Shown piece after piece: positions 10,351 through 20,114 of a stretch of 64,000 nucleotides of DNA. The notes below the pieces were generated by a model, which was given only the letters and a program-made list of their open reading frames with translations, searched no databases and had not been told where the DNA came from. Positions within the stretch are counted from its first letter, which is position 1. Every line of letters starts with the position of its first letter. Both the position numbers and the translations under genes were made by a program. The DNA is from Acholeplasmataceae bacterium (GTDB taxonomy: Bacteria > Bacillota_I > Bacilli_A > Acholeplasmatales > Acholeplasmataceae), in the NCBI GenBank assembly GCA_963675245.1, contig OY775910.1, positions 928,001 through 992,000 on the forward strand. The letters run 5' to 3'.

Positions 10351-10476
10351 GTGGATATAAAAACCAGAGCAACTAAATTTATTAATGAATATGCAAGACC
10401 TATTGAAAAAGAACAGTTTAATTATTTATTTAATGGTGCTAAGAAGGATGACTATATAGATGAAAGTAGCTGCTAA
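10351..10476 (+). pseudogene. N-terminal remnant of a conserved hypothetical (prenyltransferase-repeat-like) gene, cut at the RHS island border
   Basis: AGGTGG SD then GTG; translates MDIKTRATKFINEYARPIEKEQFNYLFNGAKKDDYIDESSC*, resembling the FI..NARP(L/I)E...F.Y.F N-terminus of that family as I recall it. Confidence 0.55.
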
Positions 10477-10495
10477 GGATGTTTATTTGAAGTCA

Positions 10496-10537
10496 AAACG
10501 GATCATCGCAGTTATGTGATGGTCTGTTTAATTTTTG
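10496..10537 (+). terminator. Terminator-like hairpin at the left edge of the island
   Basis: AAACGGATCATCGCA...TGTGATGGTCTGTTT followed by AATTTTT. Confidence 0.55.
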
Positions 10538-10810
10538 TAATGAGTATTAAATCATAGATATATATCAATCAAATATATACATTAACAATGATGTTTCATT
10601 TGTTGCCCAAGTGGGGTTTCTTAACATTAATCAATAGTATGACATATGCGCCGTTAAAATAAAATGATAATACTGATAAAATATAAATAATAAAATATTA
10701 AACTACAACATGCGGGGGAAAAAGCATCATTGTAAACATACATCTTGAGAGAAGTTTGTCCGTAAAAAGGGGACTTTTTTTGTTGTAATTAAATCAAAGG
10801 GGTGTAGTAA

Positions 10811-13800
10811 ATGAATCGCAAACTTTTTAAAGATGGTGTTAGTAAAGATGTTATGCTTGTATTATATGGCATGAACAAGAGATGTCGAAAAGTGGTATTA
10901 GCTATTATGTCATTTTTAATGATTGTTGGTAGCGTACTTCCAAGCAATTATCAGGTAATTTATGGAAAAGAAGATCAAGAACCAATATATTCAGATGTAA
11001 ATATTAACGAAAACAATCAACAATATGATACAACAACAGATTCGAGTTTTGATATAAGAAATATTGAAATCAAAGAAGAAGTAATAAGTCTAAGAACCAT
11101 CAATTCCAAAACGTTTAGAAGAGTAGATGGCACATATGAACTTGCAATATATGGCACACCTGTACACTATAAAGAAAACGGAAAATACAAAGAGATAGAT
11201 AATTCTTTGTTGATAGATGAAGAAAAAAGCGAATATAAAAATAAAGCGAATGCGTTTGATATTAAATTTCCAAAAACACTAGATAATAATAAGTCAATTA
11301 AATTATCTAAAGATGAATATAGTATTGAATGGTCAATAAATAATCTAAGTAATGAAACAAATATTACACATAATGACATTGAAAAAACAAAAAGTATTAT
11401 TAAAGAACTGATTAACAATAATGACAGAGTGATTTATTATGACATTTTCAATCATGTAGACTTGGAATATATTGTGAGTGGTAATCAGGTGAAAGAGAAT
11501 ATTATCATTAATGAATTTAGCAATGATTATTCAATTGAATTTACATACAAAACTAATAATGTAGAACTTAAACAAAATAATATTGGAGAGTATGAATTTA
11601 TTAACTCAGCGGGAAATACTGTTTTTTCATTAAGTGAATTTTATATGATTGATGCAAATGGAAAAACATCATTTGATATTGATGTTCAAGTCGTTAATAT
11701 TAAAAATAACCAATATCAAATAATACTTTCCCCAAATATAGAATGGTTAGGTAATGCAACTTATCCTGTGATCTTAGACCCTACAATAAGTGTTGATTCA
11801 GAAACAATGATTCAAGATACATGGTTAGAACATACAACTATTTTAGGTATACCTTTCAATTATAATCACTACGATAACTATGTGTTGGCTTGTAATGATG
11901 GTAGTAACGTAATTGGATATATCAATTTTGAAGTACCTGAATTCTTAAAAGATTTTGATGTAAATTATGCAACCCTAAAACTAACAACAATGATGGATGT
12001 TGAAGGGATGCTATACTTAAGAGAATTGCCATATTACTATGAAGATATGAGTGAATTACATTGGAATACAAAACCAACAGCAAGTACAACCATAGCTAGT
12101 AATGAGTACGTTAATGATTTTAGAGAGGGATCAGAAAACACATATAGCATCGACATCACAAAATCTGTAAAAAAATGGAATGAAGCTAATATTGATGAAA
12201 TGCCAGGGTTTGAGTTGAAAACAGATGCAGATGCATTATATGGAGATTTAGTATTTTACTCGATGGATGCAATTGTTGGAACTGATTGTGAATCAGGAGA
12301 AAAACCAGTAATTGAGATTGGATATATGGATACCGAGGGAATTAAAGATTATTGGACATATAATTCACAAGATGTAAGTTATGCTGGAACAAGTTATATT
12401 GCTGATTATACACAAGATTTATATATGATTCGAAATGATTTTGACTTTTCAACCGATCGTCAATCGCTAGGGTTAAACTTTGCATTTAGTAATTATGAAG
12501 TAAACAATAACGATGTAGGATATGGTAAAGGTTGGAATATTAATTACAATTTAAAATTAAATTATTCACAATCTGAGGGATATTACACTGAGGACTATTC
12601 GGGAAATAAAGTACATTATCATTTAACCACTACTGATTCAAGAGTGTTTAAAGATGAAAACAATCAAACATATTACCGTAACCGTAACTATATAGCCGAT
12701 GATGGTTCTGGAACGGTGTTAATTGAAATGTATACCGATCATAATAAAACTATACTCATTACAAAAGATGGCACCATTTATGATTTCGGCAATTATTATA
12801 GACAAGAACTACTTTATTTAAAGAAAATTTCACATTACAATAATGATTTATCAATAACAATTGACCGAAATTCAGATACCTCTCCGATTCTAAATTTTGT
12901 GGAAGATTCAAGTGGTAATCGCTTGGTATTTAGTTATGATAATAATATATTGAAAAGTGTTACACTTAAAAGCAAGGATATCAATAATGTATACCGATCA
13001 ATTGAAAAGGTTTTTTATGAATATTACAACGGATATTTAAAGAATGTCTATTATGTATCAGACTATGATAAAAACGAGAATTTAGATGCAATTACAGCAT
13101 TACCCCACTTATCACTAGTTAATCAATATGCAAGTTATACATATCAAAGCACATCGCATTATTTAGAGAGTGCAGAAGTTAATTATGTTCAACCAAATTT
13201 GTCAATTTCTTTAGGTGAGAAAGTCGTTTATCATTATTACTCAAACACAAATAAAATTTCCTATTTTGAGTCATTCTTTGATACAAGTAAATATTCACAA
13301 GTAAACTACGACAATAGCATACTTCAAACTAAAATTACAGACCACTCAAGCAATTATGTGGTTTATCGATTTGACGAGTATGGACATACAATATTCATGA
13401 TTGATCAACAGGCAAACATGATATGCTATCAGTATGCCGACATATTTAGATTACCAATATTAGATGAAGCTGAAAGATATGATTATAACATGAATCATCG
13501 TGTTGTTCGTAGTTCAGCTCCCAAATCAGTTCAAAATTATGACATAAGTAGCGATGATTTTGAAAGCGGGTTTAATAGTTCGTGGTATCGAGGATCTAGT
13601 TCAACATCAACAGTTGAACAATCTAGTATGTCATCTAGTGTTGGGAACTATTCCTTACACATTGTTAATGAATACACATATACTAATGGTTATGCAAGAA
13701 AAATGGTGACAGTTGATGAAGGGTACTATACGATATCTGTTGATGCAAAGCATAACGGATCAGAGTCAAGCAACACTGTATACATGCAAGTAGGAACACA

Positions 13801-16800
13801 AAGAGTTTATGTTCCTAATGATGGAGAGTGGCATCATTTGTCAATTGATTTTTTTGCAAGTAACGCAATGACACTGTACACATATCTCAGAAGTTATAGT
13901 GAGGGAGATGTCTATTTTGATCATCTCAAGATTTATCGAAGCAACAATACTTCTTCTGAAGACAGAATGTATAACCCATCTTTTGAAGAGGGGATAACAA
14001 GTAATTGGGTAATTCCGAATGAGTCAACAACCGCGCTTCACAGTAACTATTATGATGTTAATGAAAGCTCATATGAAGATATATTAGGCAATTATTCTGT
14101 GTCGTTAAACGGAATAATGACATTGACGATAGATGCAGATACACTTAAAGATTACAGAGATGATAATATTGATGCTTTTACCATCGGTGCATGGGCGAAA
14201 AATATATCGAATATTCAGTTCAATAATACAAGTTCAAACATTATGTTTGGAATCAATGTATATCAATATGACAGTGAAGGAAAAATCATTTATACTGTGG
14301 ATGATGATCCATACGATCCAAATGAAGACCCACTTTCAAATAATGAAAATTATCGACATCCCCCACTTAATTCGAATGAAGTAGGATTCAGTACACCAAC
14401 GTATATTGGTTTTAACTTGTTAGATGACAATTGGCAGTTTGCTTATCAATCGATTACGCTTTCTGAATTGTGTGAAAGTATTGGAATTACTTTGGTATAT
14501 AATGGCGTAAATTCAGTATTATTTGATGGTATCACACTTCACACAAATACAAACGAAACTATAAATCTCTACGATGATTATAATCGAATCACTGATATTT
14601 TGTATGAAGACGGCACATCGATTAGTTACACATACCCATCTGGGACAGACCAATATACTCAGATTCCTTATATGGTTAACGATAGAGATGGAAATGAAAC
14701 GGAGTATTCACAGGCCCATAATCAAATTACTGGTATTGAATTTAATAATGTTAAACAATCTCCTGTCTATAATGCCAGTGGACAGATGACTGCTTATCAT
14801 TTGGGTACAGGAGGTGATCCTGATGCTTATTTCACAACATCGACTACATATATTCATAGTAGTCAATACCTATCAACATATACTGATGAATTCGGAAGTA
14901 CAACGACATATTATACGGATACAGTGACCGGATTGCTAGCATCTATCAATAATGCAGATAATTCAGTATTTCAATATGATTATTATGATGATGGTTTGCT
15001 TAAAAAAGTGTATTCAAATTATTTGAATGATGGTGTAAGTGAAACTAGTGAAGTGACATATATTTATAACGAATACAATCAATTGAAAGAAATTGTTTTA
15101 GATTCAGGATATAGTTATAAAATTGATTATGATGGTCTTGGTAGAATGGAGACGGTAAAAGTTAATAACGACACACTCATGTCATACACATACATTGTAG
15201 ATGTATATGGTACGAACGTCATTGAATCACAAACCTACGCAACTGGTGATACGATTTATTTTAATTATGATGATGAAAATGAGTTGATTATGAACATTGA
15301 TTTTCAGGCAAGTGGACAGACGAGAGAAACAAGATTTGTCTATCAATATGATGAATATGGCCGTGTAGAAACATACCAAGATTTGATTATTGGAACCACA
15401 GAATATTATCACTATGATCAGTATGGAAACTTAGATATTGTGACTTATGATAATGGAGATATGTTCATTTATAATTATGACGAGGAAGGTTATTTAATTG
15501 ATATAACATGTGATCTCAACAACGAAATTCATTCAACTACTTACGACTATGAAAATGATGACTACAATTGGTTATATAATCAAACAACAGTTTCAGGTAC
15601 TAATGATATCAATTTGATTTATGGCTATGAAGACAGTTCAAGCATCGTAGATCCCGTTTATAGATTACTAAATATTATGTATAAAATTGGAACCACAGAA
15701 ATCATTAAACAAAGTTTTGATTATGAAGATTACACATCTAGAATTGAAATGATAACCTATGAACTTGGCGATAATAGCAACTTCAGGTACGTTTATGATT
15801 TTGATGATTTGGGCAATATTAAGCAAGAACAATATTATGAAGGAACAAATGGTAGTTATAGTTTAAAATACCAAAAAGACTATAGATATGATGGTATAAA
15901 TCAACTAATACAAGAAGATTTAAGGAATTACAGTCTGGCTGAAAATGCATTTGATGAATCAAACTGCTCTACTTATTACAAATATGATAATAAAGGTAAT
16001 ATCACAAATATTGAAAAATATTTATATGGTAAGAGTGAAGATGATGAGCAGATTATGTATATTCCAGCAAGCAATCCATATTCACCTTATATAGAGAATT
16101 ATGGATATTATGAGCTAGATGTTATGTACAATGACGGATATTTTTATAATGACATTTATGAACTTAATTTATATGAGACACCTTCATTTTCCTTTCTATT
16201 TTATGATCTAGATAATCAACAATTGATTTATGAAAATCAAATATATATAGATTATGATCTGAACGATATAGATGCAAGTGAGGAAGGTTACTATCTTATG
16301 GATGTGTATGCCGGATACTATGGCAATTACGATCTTTATTTTAGTGTAATTGTTAAAGTAGGCAATCCGGTTGTAGGAACATTACAACCGATTGAACCAG
16401 AAGTAAGTACAACTTTCAATTATGATGATGAATGGTTAGATCAGTTAGAGAGTTTCACTGTTGATGGTACAACAAGTATTTTGTCGTATGATAATCAGGG
16501 TAACCCAACAAATATCACAAACTTCTACTTTGAGGGAACTAAATATCATCACGCAACATTATCATGGGAAGGACGACAATTAGTCGGTATTGACATCTTT
16601 AATACATCAGTAAATAAGATAGTGAACATTTCATACACATATAATGATCAAGGTATAAGAACAAGTAAATATATCGATAAAAATGGTAATGGAAGTATCG
16701 ACTCAGGAGATATGAAATATGATTATGTGTTATCAGGAGATGTTTTAATTTCAGAAATTCAATATATATATTTTGATTCATGGGTAGAAAACTATCAAAT

Positions 16801-17821
16801 TATATATACATATGATTACGATGGATCACTAATTGGATTTACTTATTACAATAGTGTAACTACTGCAGACTATTTATATGCTTTTAACATTCAAGGTGAT
16901 ATCACGAAGATAATTAACACTAGTGGTGTAGTCGTGGTAGAATATACATATGATGCCTATGGCAATATTCTAAGCACTGTGGGGTTGTTAGAATCTACCA
17001 TAGGTGAATACAATTCAATGCGTTATCGTGGTTATAAATACGATGAAGAGATTAATATGTATTATCTTAACAGCAGATACTATAATCCAGAAATTGGTAG
17101 GTTTATAAATGCAGATGGCATGCTTGGTGAGATTGGTCAATTAGGAACAACCAATATGTATGCATACTGTGCAAACAATCCAGTGATGTATTTGGACATA
17201 AGCGGATATATGCCTGAATGGCTTCTATGGGTAGGTGTTTCTGTGCTTGCAGTAGCGGTTGTTGCCGTATCTGTAATAACTGCAGGAGCCGTGATTGCTG
17301 CAGCACCAGCACTGGCATCATTCATGTATACTGCAGCAGTTGCATATACCGGAAGTTTAGTGAGTGGATCAATTGCAGCAACTGCTGTTTCTGTTGGTGC
17401 GGCGGTGATTGCAGGATCAACAATAGCCATTGGGATTAATGAAGGTATCAACATAATAACTGGGAATAATTATTTACGAAATGCCATGGGGAATGAAGTA
17501 TACAATGGGTTTACTCTGACGGTTGGAGCATTAGCCTATTCATATATTGTTGCAGGATCAATATATCCATATCCAACGACAGGTAATACACAACCTAATA
17601 ATTTAAAATCAAGCATAACTATGAATGCTGCAAAAAAATATCCAAATTCAGGAACAAGTTTATATGGTAAAGTTCCAATGAGAGATCCAAAAATGCCAGG
17701 ATGGTTAGGATGGACAAAATATCAAATGAGTTTTGATGGTAATACCGTTCATTATGTAGGTAATAGATATTTTCCTAAATGGTATCCGTTTCAAATGTGG
17801 TATGATTTTAAACTTAAATAG
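10811..17821 (+). CDS. Large secreted RHS/YD-repeat polymorphic toxin (WapA-like; DNRLRE-like and CBM-like modules)
   Basis: Hydrophobic N-terminal signal; RTINSKTF, VKENIII, YPVILDP; GYGKGW; many YxYD repeats; core end YTYDAYG...RYRGYKYD...YYLNSRYYNPEIGRFINAD...NMYAYCANNPVMYLDISG; hydrophobic segment and variable C-terminus. Confidence 0.93.
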   Translation: MNRKLFKDGVSKDVMLVLYGMNKRCRKVVLAIMSFLMIVGSVLPSNYQVIYGKEDQEPIYSDVNINENNQQYDTTTDSSFDIRNIEIKEEVISLRTINSKTFRRVDGTYELAIYGTPVHYKENGKYKEIDNSLLIDEEKSEYKNKANAFDIKFPKTLDNNKSIKLSKDEYSIEWSINNLSNETNITHNDIEKTKSIIKELINNNDRVIYYDIFNHVDLEYIVSGNQVKENIIINEFSNDYSIEFTYKTNNVELKQNNIGEYEFINSAGNTVFSLSEFYMIDANGKTSFDIDVQVVNIKNNQYQIILSPNIEWLGNATYPVILDPTISVDSETMIQDTWLEHTTILGIPFNYNHYDNYVLACNDGSNVIGYINFEVPEFLKDFDVNYATLKLTTMMDVEGMLYLRELPYYYEDMSELHWNTKPTASTTIASNEYVNDFREGSENTYSIDITKSVKKWNEANIDEMPGFELKTDADALYGDLVFYSMDAIVGTDCESGEKPVIEIGYMDTEGIKDYWTYNSQDVSYAGTSYIADYTQDLYMIRNDFDFSTDRQSLGLNFAFSNYEVNNNDVGYGKGWNINYNLKLNYSQSEGYYTEDYSGNKVHYHLTTTDSRVFKDENNQTYYRNRNYIADDGSGTVLIEMYTDHNKTILITKDGTIYDFGNYYRQELLYLKKISHYNNDLSITIDRNSDTSPILNFVEDSSGNRLVFSYDNNILKSVTLKSKDINNVYRSIEKVFYEYYNGYLKNVYYVSDYDKNENLDAITALPHLSLVNQYASYTYQSTSHYLESAEVNYVQPNLSISLGEKVVYHYYSNTNKISYFESFFDTSKYSQVNYDNSILQTKITDHSSNYVVYRFDEYGHTIFMIDQQANMICYQYADIFRLPILDEAERYDYNMNHRVVRSSAPKSVQNYDISSDDFESGFNSSWYRGSSSTSTVEQSSMSSSVGNYSLHIVNEYTYTNGYARKMVTVDEGYYTISVDAKHNGSESSNTVYMQVGTQRVYVPNDGEWHHLSIDFFASNAMTLYTYLRSYSEGDVYFDHLKIYRSNNTSSEDRMYNPSFEEGITSNWVIPNESTTALHSNYYDVNESSYEDILGNYSVSLNGIMTLTIDADTLKDYRDDNIDAFTIGAWAKNISNIQFNNTSSNIMFGINVYQYDSEGKIIYTVDDDPYDPNEDPLSNNENYRHPPLNSNEVGFSTPTYIGFNLLDDNWQFAYQSITLSELCESIGITLVYNGVNSVLFDGITLHTNTNETINLYDDYNRITDILYEDGTSISYTYPSGTDQYTQIPYMVNDRDGNETEYSQAHNQITGIEFNNVKQSPVYNASGQMTAYHLGTGGDPDAYFTTSTTYIHSSQYLSTYTDEFGSTTTYYTDTVTGLLASINNADNSVFQYDYYDDGLLKKVYSNYLNDGVSETSEVTYIYNEYNQLKEIVLDSGYSYKIDYDGLGRMETVKVNNDTLMSYTYIVDVYGTNVIESQTYATGDTIYFNYDDENELIMNIDFQASGQTRETRFVYQYDEYGRVETYQDLIIGTTEYYHYDQYGNLDIVTYDNGDMFIYNYDEEGYLIDITCDLNNEIHSTTYDYENDDYNWLYNQTTVSGTNDINLIYGYEDSSSIVDPVYRLLNIMYKIGTTEIIKQSFDYEDYTSRIEMITYELGDNSNFRYVYDFDDLGNIKQEQYYEGTNGSYSLKYQKDYRYDGINQLIQEDLRNYSLAENAFDESNCSTYYKYDNKGNITNIEKYLYGKSEDDEQIMYIPASNPYSPYIENYGYYELDVMYNDGYFYNDIYELNLYETPSFSFLFYDLDNQQLIYENQIYIDYDLNDIDASEEGYYLMDVYAGYYGNYDLYFSVIVKVGNPVVGTLQPIEPEVSTTFNYDDEWLDQLESFTVDGTTSILSYDNQGNPTNITNFYFEGTKYHHATLSWEGRQLVGIDIFNTSVNKIVNISYTYNDQGIRTSKYIDKNGNGSIDSGDMKYDYVLSGDVLISEIQYIYFDSWVENYQIIYTYDYDGSLIGFTYYNSVTTADYLYAFNIQGDITKIINTSGVVVVEYTYDAYGNILSTVGLLESTIGEYNSMRYRGYKYDEEINMYYLNSRYYNPEIGRFINADGMLGEIGQLGTTNMYAYCANNPVMYLDISGYMPEWLLWVGVSVLAVAVVAVSVITAGAVIAAAPALASFMYTAAVAYTGSLVSGSIAATAVSVGAAVIAGSTIAIGINEGINIITGNNYLRNAMGNEVYNGFTLTVGALAYSYIVAGSIYPYPTTGNTQPNNLKSSITMNAAKKYPNSGTSLYGKVPMRDPKMPGWLGWTKYQMSFDGNTVHYVGNRYFPKWYPFQMWYDFKLK

Positions 17822-17833
17822 GAGATGAAACGT

Positions 17834-18250
17834 ATGAAAGTAAGAATCGTTGATATGTATAAATTTCAAGAGAATAATGCAATTTATTTTGGACTTGATT
17901 TTAATTATTCTCAAGAATTTAACGTTTATGCAATTATGCAATCACATCGAAAAAAATACATACTTATTTATTTAAAACAAATAACAACATTAGGTTTTTA
18001 TCAATTGGGTGATGAATTCAAAATTATTGATGATGAAATTGATGAGCATTGGGTATTTGAAAAGAAATACAAAGGTGGTTATCAAATTTGTGGTGGTGGA
18101 GTATGTTATTTTCAACCAATCAAATATAAGAATGTATATGCGCCTCAATGGATGATTGAAGATAAAAGATTCTTCTTAGAGTTAATAGAAGAACCCAAAA
18201 TAGCTTTAAACAAATTCATGGATTACGAAATAAATAAAAAAATTTCATAA
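17834..18250 (+). CDS. Putative cognate immunity protein of the RHS toxin
   Basis: Small aromatic-rich ORF immediately after the toxin stop; AGGAG SD (17820-17824) fits the ATG at 17834. Confidence 0.65.
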   Translation: MKVRIVDMYKFQENNAIYFGLDFNYSQEFNVYAIMQSHRKKYILIYLKQITTLGFYQLGDEFKIIDDEIDEHWVFEKKYKGGYQICGGGVCYFQPIKYKNVYAPQWMIEDKRFFLELIEEPKIALNKFMDYEINKKIS

Positions 18251-18303
18251 ATATTTGTTAATCACGTCCATCTATTACAGTGGTTATGCCTGACTAAATT
18301 ACT

Positions 18304-18948
18304 CCGTTGATGTATTTGGACATAACCGGACATTCATGGGAATCGTTTTGGAATGGTGTTAGAGATTGGTTTAGCGAACATCAAACCGAAATTATTATTG
18401 GTACCGCATTTATAGTAGCAGGTATTTTGACAATGGGAGCTGCTGCTGCAATCGGTGGAGCAACATTTGCTGGTGTAATGACTGCGATGGGATCAGCAGC
18501 ATTATCATCAGCGATTCAAGTTGGAATCACCATGGGTATTAGTGCGACAATTGGTGGTACAATCTCTGCCATTTCGGGAAATGGGTTTTGGGGTGGCTTT
18601 GGTGATGGACTAGCTAGTGGGTATATGTGGGGTGGAATATTCGCCGGAACTGCTCAATTGATTAGTGGTGGATTCAAAATTGCTGCTACATTTGGAGCTA
18701 AAACTGGTATCAAAGGCGGTTTTAAATTGATGTCTAATGTCAAAGTTTTGTCTCCTAACAACCTTGGACACTATGAAGCAGGTGGTACTTTATTGAAGGT
18801 AGGAAATATTGTGTCAAGATATGGAAAAAACGTCCGATTTGATGTAGGAGCTAGAACGTTTTTACATTTGAATATTCAACTTGCAAAAAATTATCATTTA
18901 TATTTTGCGAAATATTTAGCAGGTATCATAGGAGGACTTCAATCTTGA
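18304..18948 (+). CDS. Orphan RHS C-terminal toxin module
   Basis: Begins PLMYLDITGH, matching PVMYLDISGY of the main toxin with an 18 nt exact DNA match; Gly/Ala-rich hydrophobic segment then an unrelated C-terminus; no clear SD. Confidence 0.8.
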   Translation, partial: PLMYLDITGHSWESFWNGVRDWFSEHQTEIIIGTAFIVAGILTMGAAAAIGGATFAGVMTAMGSAALSSAIQVGITMGISATIGGTISAISGNGFWGGFGDGLASGYMWGGIFAGTAQLISGGFKIAATFGAKTGIKGGFKLMSNVKVLSPNNLGHYEAGGTLLKVGNIVSRYGKNVRFDVGARTFLHLNIQLAKNYHLYFAKYLAGIIGGLQS

Positions 18949-19415
18949 AAAAAATAATTAAGCGTATTGAAATTATAACTAATAGTGTGAATTTATGGTT
19001 TCCAGATTTAATGGAAATAGAAAAATTTTCTGAGATATTTAAACTCTTCCATGCGAAATATTTGTTTGCAAAGTTCTATTTAGAGAGCGACGTAGCTATT
19101 GAAAACGATTTTAATTTTAACGATAGTGCTATTAGGATTCTGAAAAAAAGTCACTCAAAAAAAATGAATCAGTATGCAGTGTGTTTTCCGCTAGAATATT
19201 CAGTTTATCTTATCAGTATTGCAGATAAGTATAACACGACTTTAGAAATAGTAAGTGGTATATTAGAGGATTGGGAGATATTTCTGTTTGAACATAATTT
19301 GTCAAACAGTCCAGTGAGTTTTGTTGTGAATGATAATAATGGTTCGGGATTAACATTTGATTCAAGAAAGTTCAACACACAAAATATTATTGATAACATA
19401 GAAGAAATAATTTAA
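18945..19415 (+). CDS. Putative immunity protein of the orphan module
   Basis: Overlaps the orphan stop codon (TTGA); AGGAGG SD at 18930-18935. Confidence 0.65.
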   Translation: MKKIIKRIEIITNSVNLWFPDLMEIEKFSEIFKLFHAKYLFAKFYLESDVAIENDFNFNDSAIRILKKSHSKKMNQYAVCFPLEYSVYLISIADKYNTTLEIVSGILEDWEIFLFEHNLSNSPVSFVVNDNNGSGLTFDSRKFNTQNIIDNIEEII

Positions 19416-19540
19416 CTATGGCAGTAATTTATAATACGCTAACAAAATTTGTTTCCATGATTCAAGTATAGTTGATGAATTGATATAATATAGGTAACTA
19501 AAAAACTAAGTACAACGTTATGGCGCTATTTATGTACATG

Positions 19541-19725
19541 ACTCCAGTGATATACAAAGATAGTGCAATACACTCATGGGAATCATTATTGGAACTGCAT
19601 GTATAATTTCAGATATTTTTGATGTGGGTGCTACTGTAGCAATTGGAGTTGTAATATTTACAGGTGTAACAACATTAATGGGATTGGCAGCGATATCCTT
19701 CAGCGATTTAAGTTGGAATCAGCTT
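19541..19725 (+). pseudogene. Decayed second orphan RHS C-terminal module, paralogous to 18304-18540
   Basis: TPVIYKDSAIHSWES then, after a deletion, IIIGTACII...GATVAIGVVIFTGVTTLMGLAAIS, matching IIIGTAFIV...GAAAAIGGATFAGVMTAMGSAALS; frameshift and stop (TCAGCGATTTAAGTTGGAATC vs TCAGCGATTCAAGTTGGAATC). Confidence 0.8.
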
Positions 19726-19862
19726 TGTATCATAAGTGTGTGGCTAAACCAATTGATTATATCATATCACATGTTATAAGTGACAACGTTCAGACATTAG
19801 CAAATTTCAATACTAAATTTTTTGATTATAATGAAGTGATCATAAAAAAACTAAAATATTAA

Positions 19863-20045
19863 AAAACATATGAAGAAATTAATCAGCAAGTCATTAGTTT
19901 ATTATCATATATAGAGAGTCACGACATGTGGGATATTAATTTTTCTTGGGGACAATATAATGACGTATTTAAAACCATTAAACCGTTTTGGCAGTCTATT
20001 ACAACCATTAAAAATTATCGTTTCATTTGTGACAAAGTTATTTAA
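19863..20045 (+). pseudogene. C-terminal remnant, probably of the same gene as 10351-10476
   Basis: Translates KTYEEINQQVISLLSYIESHDMWDINFSWGQYNDVFKTIKPFWQSITTIKNYRFICDKVI*, with the W.I.(W/F)SW.QY...F......W pattern; no proper start. Confidence 0.55.
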
Positions 20046-20114
20046 ATCATCTTATGATATAATTAGGAAAAGACCATTGCTTTATTGGTTTACTATATGA
20101 AAGCGAGGCTGATT

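Larger units (their letters stand above)
10477..19860 (+). mobile_element. RHS toxin/immunity accessory island (no integrase or transposase seen)
   Basis: Bounded by apparent N- and C-terminal remnants of one host gene; contains only toxin and immunity-type modules. Confidence 0.5.

Noticed and set aside
19576..19779. 67 aa membrane peptide gene
   Set aside because: Explained as a decayed copy of the orphan toxin hydrophobic segment
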